From assembly GCA_028534125.1 (NCBI GenBank), contig CM052818.1:22570001-22634000 (forward strand): a stretch of 64,000 nucleotides of DNA. Direction: 5' to 3'. The DNA is from Lama glama (lineage: Eukaryota). The notes under the pieces were generated by a model. The model was not told the origin of the DNA. It was given only the letters and a program-made list of their open reading frames with translations, and did not search any database. The position numbers and the translations under genes are program-made. Shown one piece after another: positions 37,839 to 50,359 of this stretch; positions within the stretch are counted from its first letter, which is position 1; each line of letters starts with the position of its first letter.

Positions 37839-40800
37839 CAATTGAATCAGTATGCTATACAACAGAAACTAACACATTATAAATCAACTATACTTCAATA
37901 AAAAATATATATATATATATATAATTGAAGGACATAATTTTTTTTAATCTCACATTTGAATTGGAAATATCACTATAAATTTAGACTTTATTTTTCTTTT
38001 TTAATGCATTTCCTAGTTCTGATCACTAAAAAGGCTTGGAAATATGACAACTATAGAGTAGCAGCAGTAAGCAGCTCTAGCACACAGATTGTGTTCTCCT
38101 ACATAACATTTCCCAGCAAAAAGAACCAGGCTTTTAAGAGAAATGGCCAATTCCAGGACTGAAGGAAGACAAGTACAAAACACATTTTGAAATACCTTGT
38201 CATGAGGGGAACAAGAAGACTATCACAGATCTAAGATTATGTCAAAAAAAATCCAGGAGTCAAGTTAATGGGACTTTGCATGGCCTTACATGGGACAAAT
38301 CAAGCATCAACAAAGGTTAACAGTCCTAAACGTTTACACAGCCAGTAACAGAGCTTCCAACAGCATGAAGGAGAAAAAGGGAGAACTAAAAGGAGAAACA
38401 TAAAAACCCATCATTGTTGGTTATTTTCACACCCTTCTCTCAAGGATAGACAGAGTGCGTAAGCAGAAAAATCAAAGACACAGAAGACTTGAACAACCCT
38501 ATAGACCAACTTGATGTAACTGACATGCTGCCCAACAACAGCATAGTACATATTCTCTTCAAATGCATCACAATCAAATGAAAAGCAGGAAAACAGTAAA
38601 GAAAATCAATAAAACCAAAAACTAGATATTTTAAAAGATAAATAAAAGTGAAAAACATCTTCTCAGACTTATCAGGAAAAAAAAGAGAAAAGACACAAAT
38701 TACCAGTATCAGAAATCAGAGTGTATACCACTACAGATCCTAAAGACAAGAAGGGAATATTATGAATAACTTTATGCCAACAAATTTAATGAAATAGGCA
38801 AATTTCTTGAAAGATACAAAATACCAAAGTGCACTCAAGGATAAATAGATAAACTGAATAACTCCCATACCTATTAATGAAATTGAATTTATAAAAACAA
38901 AAACAAAAACACAACACAACCCTTCTCACAAAGAAAACAGCAGGCCCAGTGTTTCACTAGTGAATTCTACCAAATATTTAAGGAAGAAATAATATAAGAG
39001 TTATACACTGAAAACTACAAAACATTGCTTAAAGAAATTAAAGGCCTAAGTAAGTGGAGCTATGTACCTTGTTTATGCAATCAGAAGACTTAATATTGTT
39101 AAGGAGGCAATTCTTCTCAAATTGATCAATAAATTCAACAGATTCTTGTCAAAATTCCAAGATGCTTCCATAGAAATTGGCAAGCTGACTCTAAAGTTGA
39201 CATGGAAATATATATATTCACATATATACATTTATATATTTATATAATTATAGTAATCAGCACAGTGTGGTGTTTTTGGATAACACTACACTGACATGCA
39301 GAATGAACAGAATGAGATTCCAGCAAAAGACCAACACATCTATCATCAACTCCTTTTTGACAAGGTGTCAAGGCAATTCAATCAGGAAAGGATTCAAAGG
39401 ATTTAATCATTTCAACAAATGCAAAAATTAACTCCTAAATAAGAACTAAAACATAAAGTAAATTCTTGACGACTTCGGGTTAGGCAAAGATTTCTTTTAC
39501 ATAACACCAAAAGTACCATCCATAATAGAAAAAAATGGATAAACTGAACTTTATCAAAATTTTAAATAAAAATTTGCTTATCAAAAGACACCATTAAGAA
39601 AATGAAAACTCAAGCCACTTAACTGGGAGGAATTATTTATAAAACATATCCAACAAAGTAATTATATCTAGAATATACAAAAACTCTTACAACTCAATCC
39701 TAAAAAGACAAACAACCCAATAAAAAAATAGGCGAAAGATCTGAACGGGTAATTCACTAAAGAGATATATGAACATCTAACAAGCACTAAAAAAGCTACT
39801 TAACATCATTAATGCAGTTCATTGCATGTCAACTATACCTCAAAAAAAGCTGTAAAGTAAAAAACAAATTGGTCACCTTTGGGAATTGCTACAGCCTCAA
39901 CTCATTATTCTAAAGATTAGCAGTAAAAGGAAAAGGGTCAAGCAATATTATTTAGTCTTTTCTATGTGAATTGTGCTTTAGGAAAACCAGTCGATGGGGA
40001 AAAGGAGGGTTTTTTTAAGAATCATAGTCAAATACAGAAGGAATTACAGAATTTAAAAACCCACTATTGGGTAATCCTAAATAAAATAACAAATCTAGAC
40101 AAAGAACATCAACAGCTGCTAAAACCATTAGGTTAGAGAATGATGCGGCATTTTATAATGGATGGCTTCATGCTGACCACATCTGAAATCACCAATAAAA
40201 TTAACACCAGTAAAAGTGGAACAACCAGACATTATGTACTTTCCCTTGTGCTGCAACAGTTCACAGTACCCCCTAGAATATATTTTTGCAAAAAAATTTT
40301 TTTGATTCTTAATATTATCAAGCTTCTAAATCTAACTGTCAGGAGGGGATTGAAGAATTGTTAAAGGATGCTCTGAGGATGCAACTCATCAAATTCTATG
40401 AGAAATTCTACAGATTAGCAAATAAATATCATAAAAGGGAGTGGAGAGAGAGTAGTATTCAAATATATGTGAACTGGTATAAATGAAAAGAGATTCAAAA
40501 GATATATTGATCAAAAGCAATGTGTGGACCTTGTTTGGTTCTTGATTCAAACAAACCAAGTGTAAAAATATCTCTCAGAGGTAAGTGTGGAAATTTGAAC
40601 AGAGACTAGGTGTTAGACGATGCAGAGGCACAATGATTCATCTTGTTAGGTGTAATAATGACACTGTAGTTATGCTCTTCTAAAAAGTGGTCATCCGATG
40701 GGTATACATACTGAGGTATTTGTAAGTTAAATTAAACTATATCTGGGATTTCCTTTAAAATATTCCAGTGACAGTGCTAGCCTAGGGGAGAATGTTGTGG

Positions 40801-40920
40801 GAACGAGACAAATGAAATAAACTTGACAACTCTTGAAAGTAGTGATGGACGGATTCACAGGGGTTAAATATACTGTTTTCTCTACTTGGGGTATGCTTGA
40901 AATTCTCCATAATAAAAAAC
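36790..40920 (+). mobile_element. Block of old, fragmented L1 sequence (ORF2 endonuclease/RT relics and L1MC/ME-type 3' UTRs)
   Basis: 38320-38440 is a decayed 'LNIYAPN..A...I.VGDFNTPLS' endonuclease region; ORF 39062-39247 (RRLNIVKEAILLKLINKFN...KLTLKLTWK) matches L1 ORF2; 3' end 'tgcttgaaattctccataataaaaaa' at ~40920. Confidence 0.8.
37657..37905 (+). mobile_element. Younger L1 3' end inserted in the old L1 block, with internal (TA)(CA) and terminal (TA)n repeats
   Basis: 'gggataaactgggagttcgggatttgcggatac...gtcctactgtatagcacagggaactatattcaatatcttgtaa...tcaactatacttcaataaaaaa'; related to 21867-22011. Confidence 0.85.
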
Positions 40921-41389
40921 TGGGGTTCTGTTTTGTTGAATTTTAAATGGGCTGTGTTCATACAGGTCACAGCCCTCAGGCTGTGTTCTGACCTATTGAG
41001 AGTTCAACAGGAGTATTCCACACACTTAGTGTCTGTAGGTCACAAATGAGAGCAATGAGTCAGGGGTTAAGAAAACAGCTGGTACCCACCTCTGTGTCGG
41101 GGATTAATGGAGGACCATGGCAAATGGAAGATCACATGCCCATCCAAAGGGAGCAGCCAATGGGAATTTGGGAATGAGGGCCCCAGATGGCCAAGTCTTT
41201 TGATTCTTCATTAGAAACTTGAACTCTAGGCATTTCAGTAAAATCTACCAAGATGTAGGCAAATGATTAAAAAAATGTTTAAATATTTTGCAAGTCAGTA
41301 CTAGAAAGCCAAACAAAACCTGTCTGGAAGCTAGATTTGTTCCACAGGCTGCCGTTTTGTGGTCTCTGACACACACCATGTAATGCATT

Positions 41390-42110
41390 ATACAGTAATG
41401 CGTTAATAATTGCTTGACATTCTTAGCAGTTGGGTCACACGGCTGGGACAGCTGAGGCTGCACACATCTGAAATCCCCAGATCCTTTACATGCAAACAGC
41501 TGTCAAGTCAGGCATTCCCCACATTGAACTCTGCACTGAACACAGGTTCCAATTATCTCTATCAAATTGCATCTTACCATTTGTCTCTGGATTGGCTCTA
41601 CCACCAAATTCTACTGAATTTGCACTCCCTTCCAGCTTTGTATCTTGCAATTTTAATAAGCCTGTCTTCATACAAGCCATCTACAAAGCTAATGCCAACC
41701 TGTGTATAAGTTCAATGGATTTCAATGGAGTGGGTGAGGCATCTCTCCTGTTAGACACCAACAGCTGTTCAGCTATAACTTCAACCTACCTTCCGAGCTC
41801 ATCAACCTCGTGTTTACCCATCTTCCTCCTTGAAGCCACCATACATTGTGTACAGGCCTAATCCACTAGTTTTGTGGTGATAAGAATGCCACCTCCTTAC
41901 ACCTGTACATGTAGTACTTTATAGTTTTTATAGCAGTTTCCCATAATTTTCTGATCTGATCTTTATTACCTACCATGACCTTTAAAAATCCAATCAATAT
42001 CACATCAAGATTTTGGCTTACCAATCTGCCAGTGGTCTGTATGTTTGTTTGTAATCCACTACGAACCACCCATTTGGGGATTTCTAGATTAATCAGCAAG
42101 GGCAACTAAT
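41390..42110 (-). mobile_element. CR1/L3 LINE reverse-transcriptase relic
   Basis: Minus-strand peptides 'NLDVILIGFLK' (cf. VDVIYLDFSKAFD) and 'GLLKLQDTKLEGSAN' (cf. LIKFADDTKLGG.AN). Confidence 0.7.
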
Positions 42111-42699
42111 TGAGCTTCCTTCCTTCTCACTTCACCATCTCACCAGTAAAACAGTTCCCAAAACCACCACCATTCCAGCAATAACCAATAGGGATAGAAC
42201 AATACTTAAGAGGAAGAATGTTCAAACCATGAGAGCTGACAGAAAATGGAATGCATTGCCTTGTGAAGAAACGGCATTTTAATACTAGAAGTTTTCAAAT
42301 AGGAGCTAGGGTTTGGAAGAAGGGTTTCCAACATGAATAGGAGGTTGGGCAAAATGATCTTTCATTCATTTATTTCTGTCTACGTAGGGAAACTGCTCAG
42401 CTCTCAGAAGAAGCTGACCAGTTCTTGCAGTGAGTAAACTCTGAAGGTTGAAAGAATGCACTTGGCAAGTGTGATTGTTTTTATGCTTTGTACATTTTAA
42501 AAGAAATTTCCTTTAAAAAAAATATGCAATTTTACTAACATTTGGCAACTCTACTAAACTGTTAACACTAGTTACAGTGAAGCTTTAAAAAATTAACATA
42601 GGTCTTATGAAAATGCTTTCCATCATTAAAATTAATTAATCCCCTTATAAATAGCAGTTTTGGGCATTTTTTAAAATGCCAATCTTTTCTCCATTGTTC

Positions 42700-43082
42700 A
42701 AAAATGGACAGAATCCATAAAATGGAATATTATTCAGCCATAAACAGATATGAAGTATTGATACTGAGTAGGACGTGGATGAATCTTGAAAACATTAGGC
42801 TAACTGAAAGAAGCCAGTCACAAAAGACCACGTATTATGATTCCATTCACATGAAAGTCCAGACCTTGGAAATGTAGAGACAGAAAGTGGATTAGCGGTT
42901 ATTTAGCAATGGGATGGGGTGATAGCTAAAGGATACAGGGTTTCCTACTGAGCTGAAGAAAATGTTCTAAAATTGACTGTGGTGATGGTCGCACATATCT
43001 GTGAATATACTAAAATCCATTGAATTGTACACTTTAAATGGGTGAATTGTAGAGTATATGAGTTATTATCTTGATAAAGCTG
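42700..43082 (+). mobile_element. L1MB-like 3' end
   Basis: 'aatggaatattattcagccataaa...gaaagaagccagtcacaaaagaccac...attgaattgtacactttaaatgggtgaattgt'. Confidence 0.8.
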
Positions 43083-44291
43083 GGTGTTTTTTTTTTAATT
43101 AAGCAAATTTTTTGTATAGATATTTGTTTCCAGTCTGGCTAGATTTCTAAAGAGGAGCACTCACCATCTGCTGAGGAGCTTGTCAGTGAAAGGCCCTGGT
43201 CCAGCGAGAACGGGCAGCCAGGTTACATGAGGCGGGCGGACTGCCTCCCATTTCAGTTGGCGTGGGGCTCCTCATCCGAATCTGGGGCTGGGGTTAGAAG
43301 CCGAGGAGACAGACAAGAGCTTCACCCTCCACCCACTTCCTCTGAGCTTTCTAGGTCTTTCTTCTCACCATTCCTGGCAGAATTTCCATCCCAGGAGTTA
43401 CTACTAGCACGTCCATGACAACAGCTGAAACCACTCTTCCGGAAGAACACGTCCGGGAGGCCTCTCACCCCCAACTAAACTCGTTCCCTACTTCGCGCCA
43501 CGTCCTGGGGCCATGGGGCACCCCCCTACCCCTTGGCAAAGCGGCCCCGTGCCTCCGAGACGTGTTCGCGTGCTGGGACACTTCAAAAACCAGCTGGCAG
43601 ATTTCCCGCTCCCCTGCAGGGCTTCTGAACCAGGGCTGTGTGGCAGGCATGAAAGGGCACCCGGGGCTCGGACATCCCAGAAAACGTCTGTTCTCTGGTC
43701 CGCCCGCGAATTCCACCACTCCGGACCGACACCGGGGAGAAGGGGCCCAGGTGGGGGCGGGGAAACTCCCGGGCCCTTCTCCCGATCTCTGCAAATCCGC
43801 CCAGGGAGGCCTGGAGGCCTGGGTGGGGGAGAAAGACCCGCAATTAAGGGGCTCTACGGGGGGGGGCATGACTAGTTAGTAGTTAAAAGGAAGGGGAGGC
43901 CCTGCTCTGGGCCTCAGGCCCCAACTCTCAGGAGTGGCCGCCGGGCTCCGGCACCACCACGCAGCGCGCACCGCGCCGCACCCGGCCCTGGGTGAGGAGC
44001 AGCGGCCCGGAACCTGACCTCGTCCTGGGACCTCCCGTCCGCATCCCCGGTACCATGACCCGGGACCGGGTGCTGTTAAAGGAAATGCCTAGGAAGAGGT
44101 AGCAACAGGTAAAAGTCCGGGTTCGAAAGGCTGGATGGTGCGCGGGAAACAAGTAGCTTGGAAAGCGAGTAACAGGCGTCAATGCGAGCGGCTTCCTGCC
44201 TGCGGCGGTGCAGGACGTGCACGCAGAGCGGTCAGAAACAGGAACTGAGAAGGCTAAACAGGGACTGACTCATTCCCTAGGGCAATTAAAT

Positions 44292-44316
44292 AAAAAGGGC
44301 GTGCGGGTACCCAAAA
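44292..44316 (-). terminator. Pol III terminators of tRNA-Ile (T4 at 44313-44316, T5 at 44292-44296)
   Basis: Minus strand after the discriminator base: TGACCCTTTTGGGTACCCGCACGCCCTTTTT. Confidence 0.8.
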
Positions 44317-44322
44317 GGGTCA

Positions 44323-44415
44323 TGCTCCAGGTGAGGCTCGAACTCACAACCTCGGCATTGCTCTGCATGTACTGCTGTATAAGTACCGCGCGCTAACCGA
44401 TTGCGCCACTGGAGC
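44323..44415 (-). tRNA. TRI-TAT: tRNA-Ile(TAT), intron-containing (19-nt intron 44359-44377, anticodon 44379-44381)
   Basis: GCTCCAGTGGCGCAATCGGTTAGCGCGCGGTACTTATA[cagcagtacatgcagagca]ATGCCGAGGTTGTGAGTTCGAGCCTCACCTGGAGCA; cloverleaf stems pair, A and B boxes intact, intron after position 37. Confidence 0.98.
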
Positions 44416-44858
44416 TCCGCTTACCCCGCCTCGCGATGGCTCTATCAGGGTTCACTCAGGGCCTGTGCGGGCCTCTGCGGAGCATGCGCACCCGCGGCTC
44501 GCGGCTCGGCGGGAAAGAGCCGGGCCCCGAGACCCCGCAGCTTCCGCTCCAGCGGCCCCCGGCGGAGTGAAAGCGGGAAGGCTGCGAGGGTCTCTCTCCA
44601 AGATGGAGGGACGGATAGGCTAGAACTTGAAGAGAGAGCAACCCGTCTCCCCGAGCAGCGCGGGCAGAGGAGCCCCCGGCGCTGCGGCCTGAAACCACCT
44701 CCGCGTCCTCCGTGGAGCTTCGCCTCCCGGGAGCGGGCCCCGCGAGGACCAGGACTAGCGCAGGAGCTGGGCTGCGGCCGGCGGGCGGGCCTTGTTGCGA
44801 GGGGTGGGGCCGAGCGGGGCGGCCCCGGCCCCGGGGCCGCAGATGCCCCCGGCGGCCG

Positions 44859-44877
44859 CCCTGCCCCCTGGTGACCA
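44859..44877 (-). promoter_or_regulatory. CTCF core motif in the tRNA CpG island
   Basis: Minus strand reads TGGTCACCAGGGGGCAGGG. Confidence 0.6.
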
Positions 44878-47800
44878 GTGAGCGGGAGGACCCCACCCCC
44901 ACGGCCGCGCCCGCGCCTCCTGACTAGTCGGCGCGAGCGGGAAAACCCCTGAGTGAGCGAAGCCCGCGCTTTCCCGCAGGGCACCCTGGGAGCGCCTGGG
45001 CGGAGGTGGCGATCGAGCTTCCACCACCCGACTGGGCGGGGATTTAACCCTCAGACCCTCGTCGTGCCCCGAAGGCTTTCTGCTGCCCCGTCTTCCATCC
45101 CGAGCGGGGTGCGCGGGCACCCAGGCTGAAGAAGTGTCCCCGAAATCGTGCCAAGCCATGGGCATTCTGGCCTTCAACAGACAGAAGGCTAAGCTCCACG
45201 TGTTTCGTTGGGCCACAACATATATGTTTTAATTTTAAAGCGAATTCCTAATATTTAGAATCAAGAGGTCTCATACAAATAACTCGATGTCCAGAAAGTG
45301 GAACCACTGTACCCACGGCTGAATTTTGACTGTCCTGTGCCCTAGGCACGCACTTTTGTTTTCGTGGGCCCTTCCTCCATCCAAAAAAAATTTTTTTTAA
45401 TTATATTTTGCTACTGCAAAACAAAGATTTATTGTTACATTCATTCTATTTTTTTCTTCTAATTCCAGTTTTTTTTAATGTAAACATTTTTGAGGGCTCT
45501 AGAAACTGTGCCTACTGTCTCTAATTGATAACTCCGCTGGAAACCTGCATCCCTCTGGAAGGGTATCTTCAGCTAGCTCCACCCCCTCTCTCTTCCTCAG
45601 GGGTCTTCTCATTCGATTGTCTCCTGGGCCTCTGTTGGCATGTTGGACACCCTATTTAGTGACCTCTGCTTTCCTGGGAAAGCCAGAAGGGCAAACAGTA
45701 GGACACTATGGCAATAGATTGGGGGATCCAGCATGAGTAAGTGATGGGGGCAGAAAAAAGATCATGTATAATTGCCTTGATGGTGACTTGCCCACAGTAA
45801 CAGGTTGTGTTAGGGTGATGAGTGTCGAGCAGTAGGATTGTAGAAAACCTTGAAATTGGAGCAGAAGAGAGTAGAGTGATCAGGCAGATGATGAGAAGAC
45901 AGGCACAGGTTCTGTGTAAGGCAGGGGCCTCCCGAAGGTGGTGTTTTCAGGAAGTTCAATGCCATGTGCAGACTGGGTTACATACCCAGAGAGAGGAGGT
46001 AGGTGAGTCTCTCCAGATGGTTTTGTAAACTTTGAGGGATGCATATGCAGAGCAAGAGCTCAGAAAGGAGATGATCAGCATGCCTGCAAGATCCCATCAG
46101 GCAAGCACCAGGCAGGTGGTGGGATGCAGAGCTGTGTAAAACATGCCAGGATTAGGACTCCTGGGAGCATGCGTAGGCAAGTCTACAGTAAATCAAGGGC
46201 AGCAGAGAGTGAAGCTTTGAAATAAGTCCCTCCCAAAAGATGGAACAGGCAGTAAAGGTAAATGCATGATTTGCCCTCAGGTGGGAATAATTTCCCCCCC
46301 TCAATTGAAAGGAGTTAATTTCCTAAGAAAAGAAGAAAGTTGCGGGCTCATACACAGTGTCTTCTCAAATCCAGTAGCATTTACAGTGTCTGCTCTTTCT
46401 CCCTCCTGAGTCCCCCAGGTGAAATCCATCTGATGAACCATGAGCAAAGATGGCCCTGGTGGTCTGGCTTCCATTCTCACTCCCCCTTTGATGGACCTAC
46501 TCCTTCAATGGTTCAACAGATATTGACTGATCCACGGCTGCATGGGAGGGGAAGGCAGCCCATGATACAACCTTTGGGAATTAAAATAGCTTAGTCCCCA
46601 AGGAGACCGGGGCTCTAAAGGAGGAAGGAGAGAGGAATGCTGAACCCAGAAGGAGAGTGTCAGAACCCCTGCTACCAGACAGATTTTTCAGCAAAAAGAA
46701 GTGTCCTGAGACCTTCAAATCACTTAACCTTATACATACTGACCCTAAAGAGCAATGAACTAAGAGCCTGAATTGTGGCCCTCCCTGGCTGTGTGACCTT
46801 AAGGAAGTCTCCTACCCTTTCATGGTCTCAATTTTCTCATTTATAAACTGATGGATCTAGACCAGATAAGAACTTTCTAGCCTACCTTGACTGGAGAATT
46901 CTTTTTGTCATGTGGACCCTTGCCAACACTTTGAGATGATTTAATTATTTGATAATTTGTGTGATGCGTAATAAAGTAGTGATTTTTAAAATGAAACTTA
47001 TTTTAGGGATGTGTACAATGTTAAAATAATCTTGAGTAATACCCATAATCTAGTAAGACTAGTCTCAGTCTTTTCCCATTCACCATGCTATGCAAAATGT
47101 TTAATTTACTTTAATTATGTAATGGAAAAGTATGCTTTGTTAACAAATAACTTTTAAAAGAATATATCATATTTGGTCTTAGGACAAATGTATATTAAAA
47201 TGTATGAAATTTAATGACTCATTGTAGCATCAAAAATAGACAAAAACTGCTTTCCTAAATGAATGTTTAGAATTTATGCTTCTTGCACTTTAAAAAGGGG
47301 TTTATTTTTATTACTTTCATGTTTTTGTGTCTAAATGATGATATAAAACAGAAGGGTTCTGGCTGCTATATCCAAGCACCATTCTGCAAATATCATGAAG
47401 TGGGTTTGGCTAGTCTTAATTCCTAATAATGAAGGCCGAATTGGACATAATTATCACTATATTTTCTGGTTTTGGTTTTTTCCTGACATACAAGATAAAC
47501 ATTTTGATCAGCCAAATGCAATTTGCATGTCTAGTGAATGAAGATCATCTTGAGCCAGATTTGTAGAATTTTCATCTTATGGTCTTCATTTCAGCAAACT
47601 TTTCATATTTTATATTTTCAGCCAGCATTCCATTATGGCTATACATGAAGCAGAATATGACTAACAAGTTGCTGTAGAGGAGTCAAAACCCACTTTGGAC
47701 CCACCTGAGCAGCTGAGTTACACACACACTTCTGGTGCTGCAGGTGCTGTTCAACAGGCATTCAGAGGCTCCTGAATTCATACCATGTTCATGGGGCAAG

Positions 47801-48320
47801 AAGGTGTCTGAAGAATTATTTTAATTATTATTTATCTAAGTAGAAATTGAAAAGATGCCCTGCCACCTGTAACAGCAAGGACCATCTTGAATGTCTTTCA
47901 GAACCCCTGGGATTTGGCAGCATCTAAGATCCCTTCCTGTCCTAATAGTCCAAGAGCCTCACCAGCATCATGTGGAGAAATGACCCTTTACTTTCCCTTA
48001 GGAGGAGGAAGAGGTGTGGGTCTAAAGTGTGATGCAGATTTGAAGCCATTGCACGTGAGTGGAGCATGATGATAATTTGGGGAAGCACACATTACCTTCA
48101 CTCATGGCTGAAGCTGAAATGTAGGCATAGTGAGAGCCTGTCAGAGGAAAAAAAAATTTTAAAGATTGGTAACACCCAATGTTGGAAATCGTGTGGGGAA
48201 ATGGACACTGTTCAATATTGTTCAGGTTTTTTTGAAGATAGTTTAGCAGAATCTATCAAATATATGTCCTTTGACCCAGCAGTTCCACTTTTATTGAGAC
48301 ACTTACACCTGTGAACAAAT

Positions 48321-48515
48321 ATACCATATTTCATCAAATCGAAGGTGCCCTAACCTATAAATGAACCATTATATTATGCAGCATTAAGAAAGAAAAGATG
48401 CTGCCATTTTAACTCGGATACTGTGCTTTCGTATCAGACTTTTTATTTTATACCTATTAAAAGAACTCTTTTAGACAGACTGAGATGTCCATTTTTAAAA
48501 CCATGTATTACTCTT
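48321..48515. mobile_element. Old TcMar-Tigger-type remnant
   Basis: Begins 'taccatatttcatcaaatcgaaggtgcc...accattatattatgcagcattaagaaagaaaagatgctgcca'. Confidence 0.45.
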
Positions 48516-48767
48516 GAGAACTAGTGCTTTCTGCTCGGCTTCTCTGCCACTTCGTTTCTTCCACCTACAAACCCGCCAATGCGTCAAGGAGGATTGCCGC
48601 TCAGGCTGCCGCGCTCATCTGGGTGCACTTCTCTTCTCCCTGAATCGTGGCCCGTCGGCACCTGGGCTGCTTGGTAGCTCTTCAAGCAGAATTGTGTGTG
48701 TGTGTTTATTGTGTTTCTAGCTACTATCGGTGGGAGTAGTTTGAAAGAAAATGATACATCAGGAGTT

Positions 48768-48895
48768 AGTGTGACCACATACTCCATCCTCCAAACGGGC
48801 ATTTCTGAGAGCGAAAGGGGGCGTCATTAATAATCCTGGGTGGATAAGCATGACTGTGACTGTCGCAGACATCCAGGAGCCCAGGGCTGCCCTAA
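48768..48895. mobile_element. MER94-like hAT-Blackjack MITE
   Basis: 'agtgtgaccacat...tccaaacgggcatttctgagagcgaaagggggcgtcattaataat...gctgcccta'. Confidence 0.65.
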
Positions 48896-48989
48896 CCATA
48901 GCCCTCTTCATACCACTATAAATACATAAAACACAAACAGGAAAGAGTCCTGCTACATTTTGTTTAATTATGAGAACGTAGATGGGGTG

Positions 48990-49541
48990 TGTGCCAGTTG
49001 TTAACTTAGTGCTTCTCTGCTCCACAAACACCCGTCTCCACCCTGCTCTGTGACCCTGCAGCCAGCGCCACAGTCGGGCCTTGTCTGTGGAAGGTGCCAG
49101 AGGAAGCCTGAAGGGCCGTCTCTTCCTCATCTCAGTGCTTTTTTTCCGGCTCCTACACCACAGCTGCCAGTGGGCGGCTTCCAGTCAGATTTTGCCATCA
49201 CCCAGCACACAGTTTCCTGCTTGCCAACCCCAGCCTGCAGCAGCTCAGCAAACTTCTCTGCCGTGCAGTGGGCTCCCTCCACGCCCCCACCAGTGAGTTC
49301 TGAGTCTCAGCTTTGGCGAGGAGGGAGGGCCTTTTCCAAGTTTATCCTTCTGTGGGTTTTCTGTGTCATCTCTGGAGGTAGTGGCTGCTCCTTTTATCCG
49401 TTATTTCTGTATCCTTTAGAATTCCGTTTACCCCTCTTGGTAGTTAATCCCCGTTTGCTAGTTAACAGTTCTTTAAACTGAATCTTCCCTGTTCAGATTA
49501 CTGGTGTGCTTTCTGCCTCCTGACTGGACCTTGGCTGGATC
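48990..49541 (+). mobile_element. ERVL-class solo LTR (LTR40/41-like)
   Basis: 3' end 'ttccctgttcagattactggtgtgctttctgcctcctgactggacc'. Confidence 0.55.
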
Positions 49542-49619
49542 CCAATTCTTTCTTTCACTTGTCATATGAGAACAAAATCTTTCAAAGAATAGGGAGAACA
49601 TGGTGGTGGTCAGTGGGTA

Positions 49620-49845
49620 AAAATAACGCACTTACATAGAGTTTACTGTGTGTCACACAGTGTTCTAAGAACTTTACACCCTATTAACTAATTTAATGCT
49701 CATGCCAACCATATGTAGTAAGCAGTAGTATTCTTTTCTTTCACAGATGAGGAAACTGAGGCACATTGAGGTTACCCAAGTAAGTGGTAGAGCCAGGATT
49801 CAAATACAGATTATGTGACTTAAGAGTCCCTGCTCTCAACACTCC
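49620..49845 (-). mobile_element. MIR SINE
   Basis: 'ttcacagatgaggaaactgaggcac...ggtagagccaggattcaaatacaga'. Confidence 0.8.
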
Positions 49846-50359
49846 ACAGAGAAGGAGACCCATGAGAACTGTGCCTCTCAGGGGTCACCCTTAACAGAGA
49901 CACTAATCAGGGCTCACAGAGACCCCCTGTGATGATGGCCAAAGAGTTCTAACTTGAAATATGGGAAAGACCAGATAGAACTAGGGCCACTAGAGAGATG
50001 AAAACTGGGATCCAGGTATGCTGGGGCATCCAAATAAATGCCCAAAGCCCTCCTGCTGAGAAGATGGGCTAGTTCCTCTGTCAGTTCTGGCAACAGCTGA
50101 CCCCAGACTACTGGACCAGGTGCAGGATGGCAGGTCTTAGGGACTAAGCACAGGTGGTGATGGGGTCTTCCCTTTGAGAGGAGGAAGAGTCTTAGCAGAG
50201 GCAGCTGTGGAACTCTGAGGTTTCAGTAAAACCCAGGGCTGTCCTTATGTAAAAAATTGGGGATGAGCAGGAAAGCTCACCCTGTGGGGTTGAAGAAAGA
50301 TAAAGAACTGGAATAAAACAACCTTTGTTCCTATCTCTGTCCAACAACTGACTGAGTGG

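Larger units (their letters stand above)
43450..45150. promoter_or_regulatory. CpG island around the tRNA gene
   Basis: Very high GC and CpG density by inspection, in contrast to the CpG-depleted flanks. Confidence 0.85.

Noticed and set aside
39062..39247. ORF resembling L1 ORF2 (also 51035-51232 and 51513-51773)
   Set aside because: Short decayed retrotransposon fragments, not genes
43415..45216. Long Arg/Gly/Pro-rich ORFs on both strands
   Set aside because: Stop-codon scarcity in a CpG island; no recognisable protein, and several start at non-ATG codons
46890..47720. AT-rich block that may be a hAT transposase remnant
   Set aside because: Only a faint 'KFAEMK' similarity on the minus strand; not enough to name or delimit
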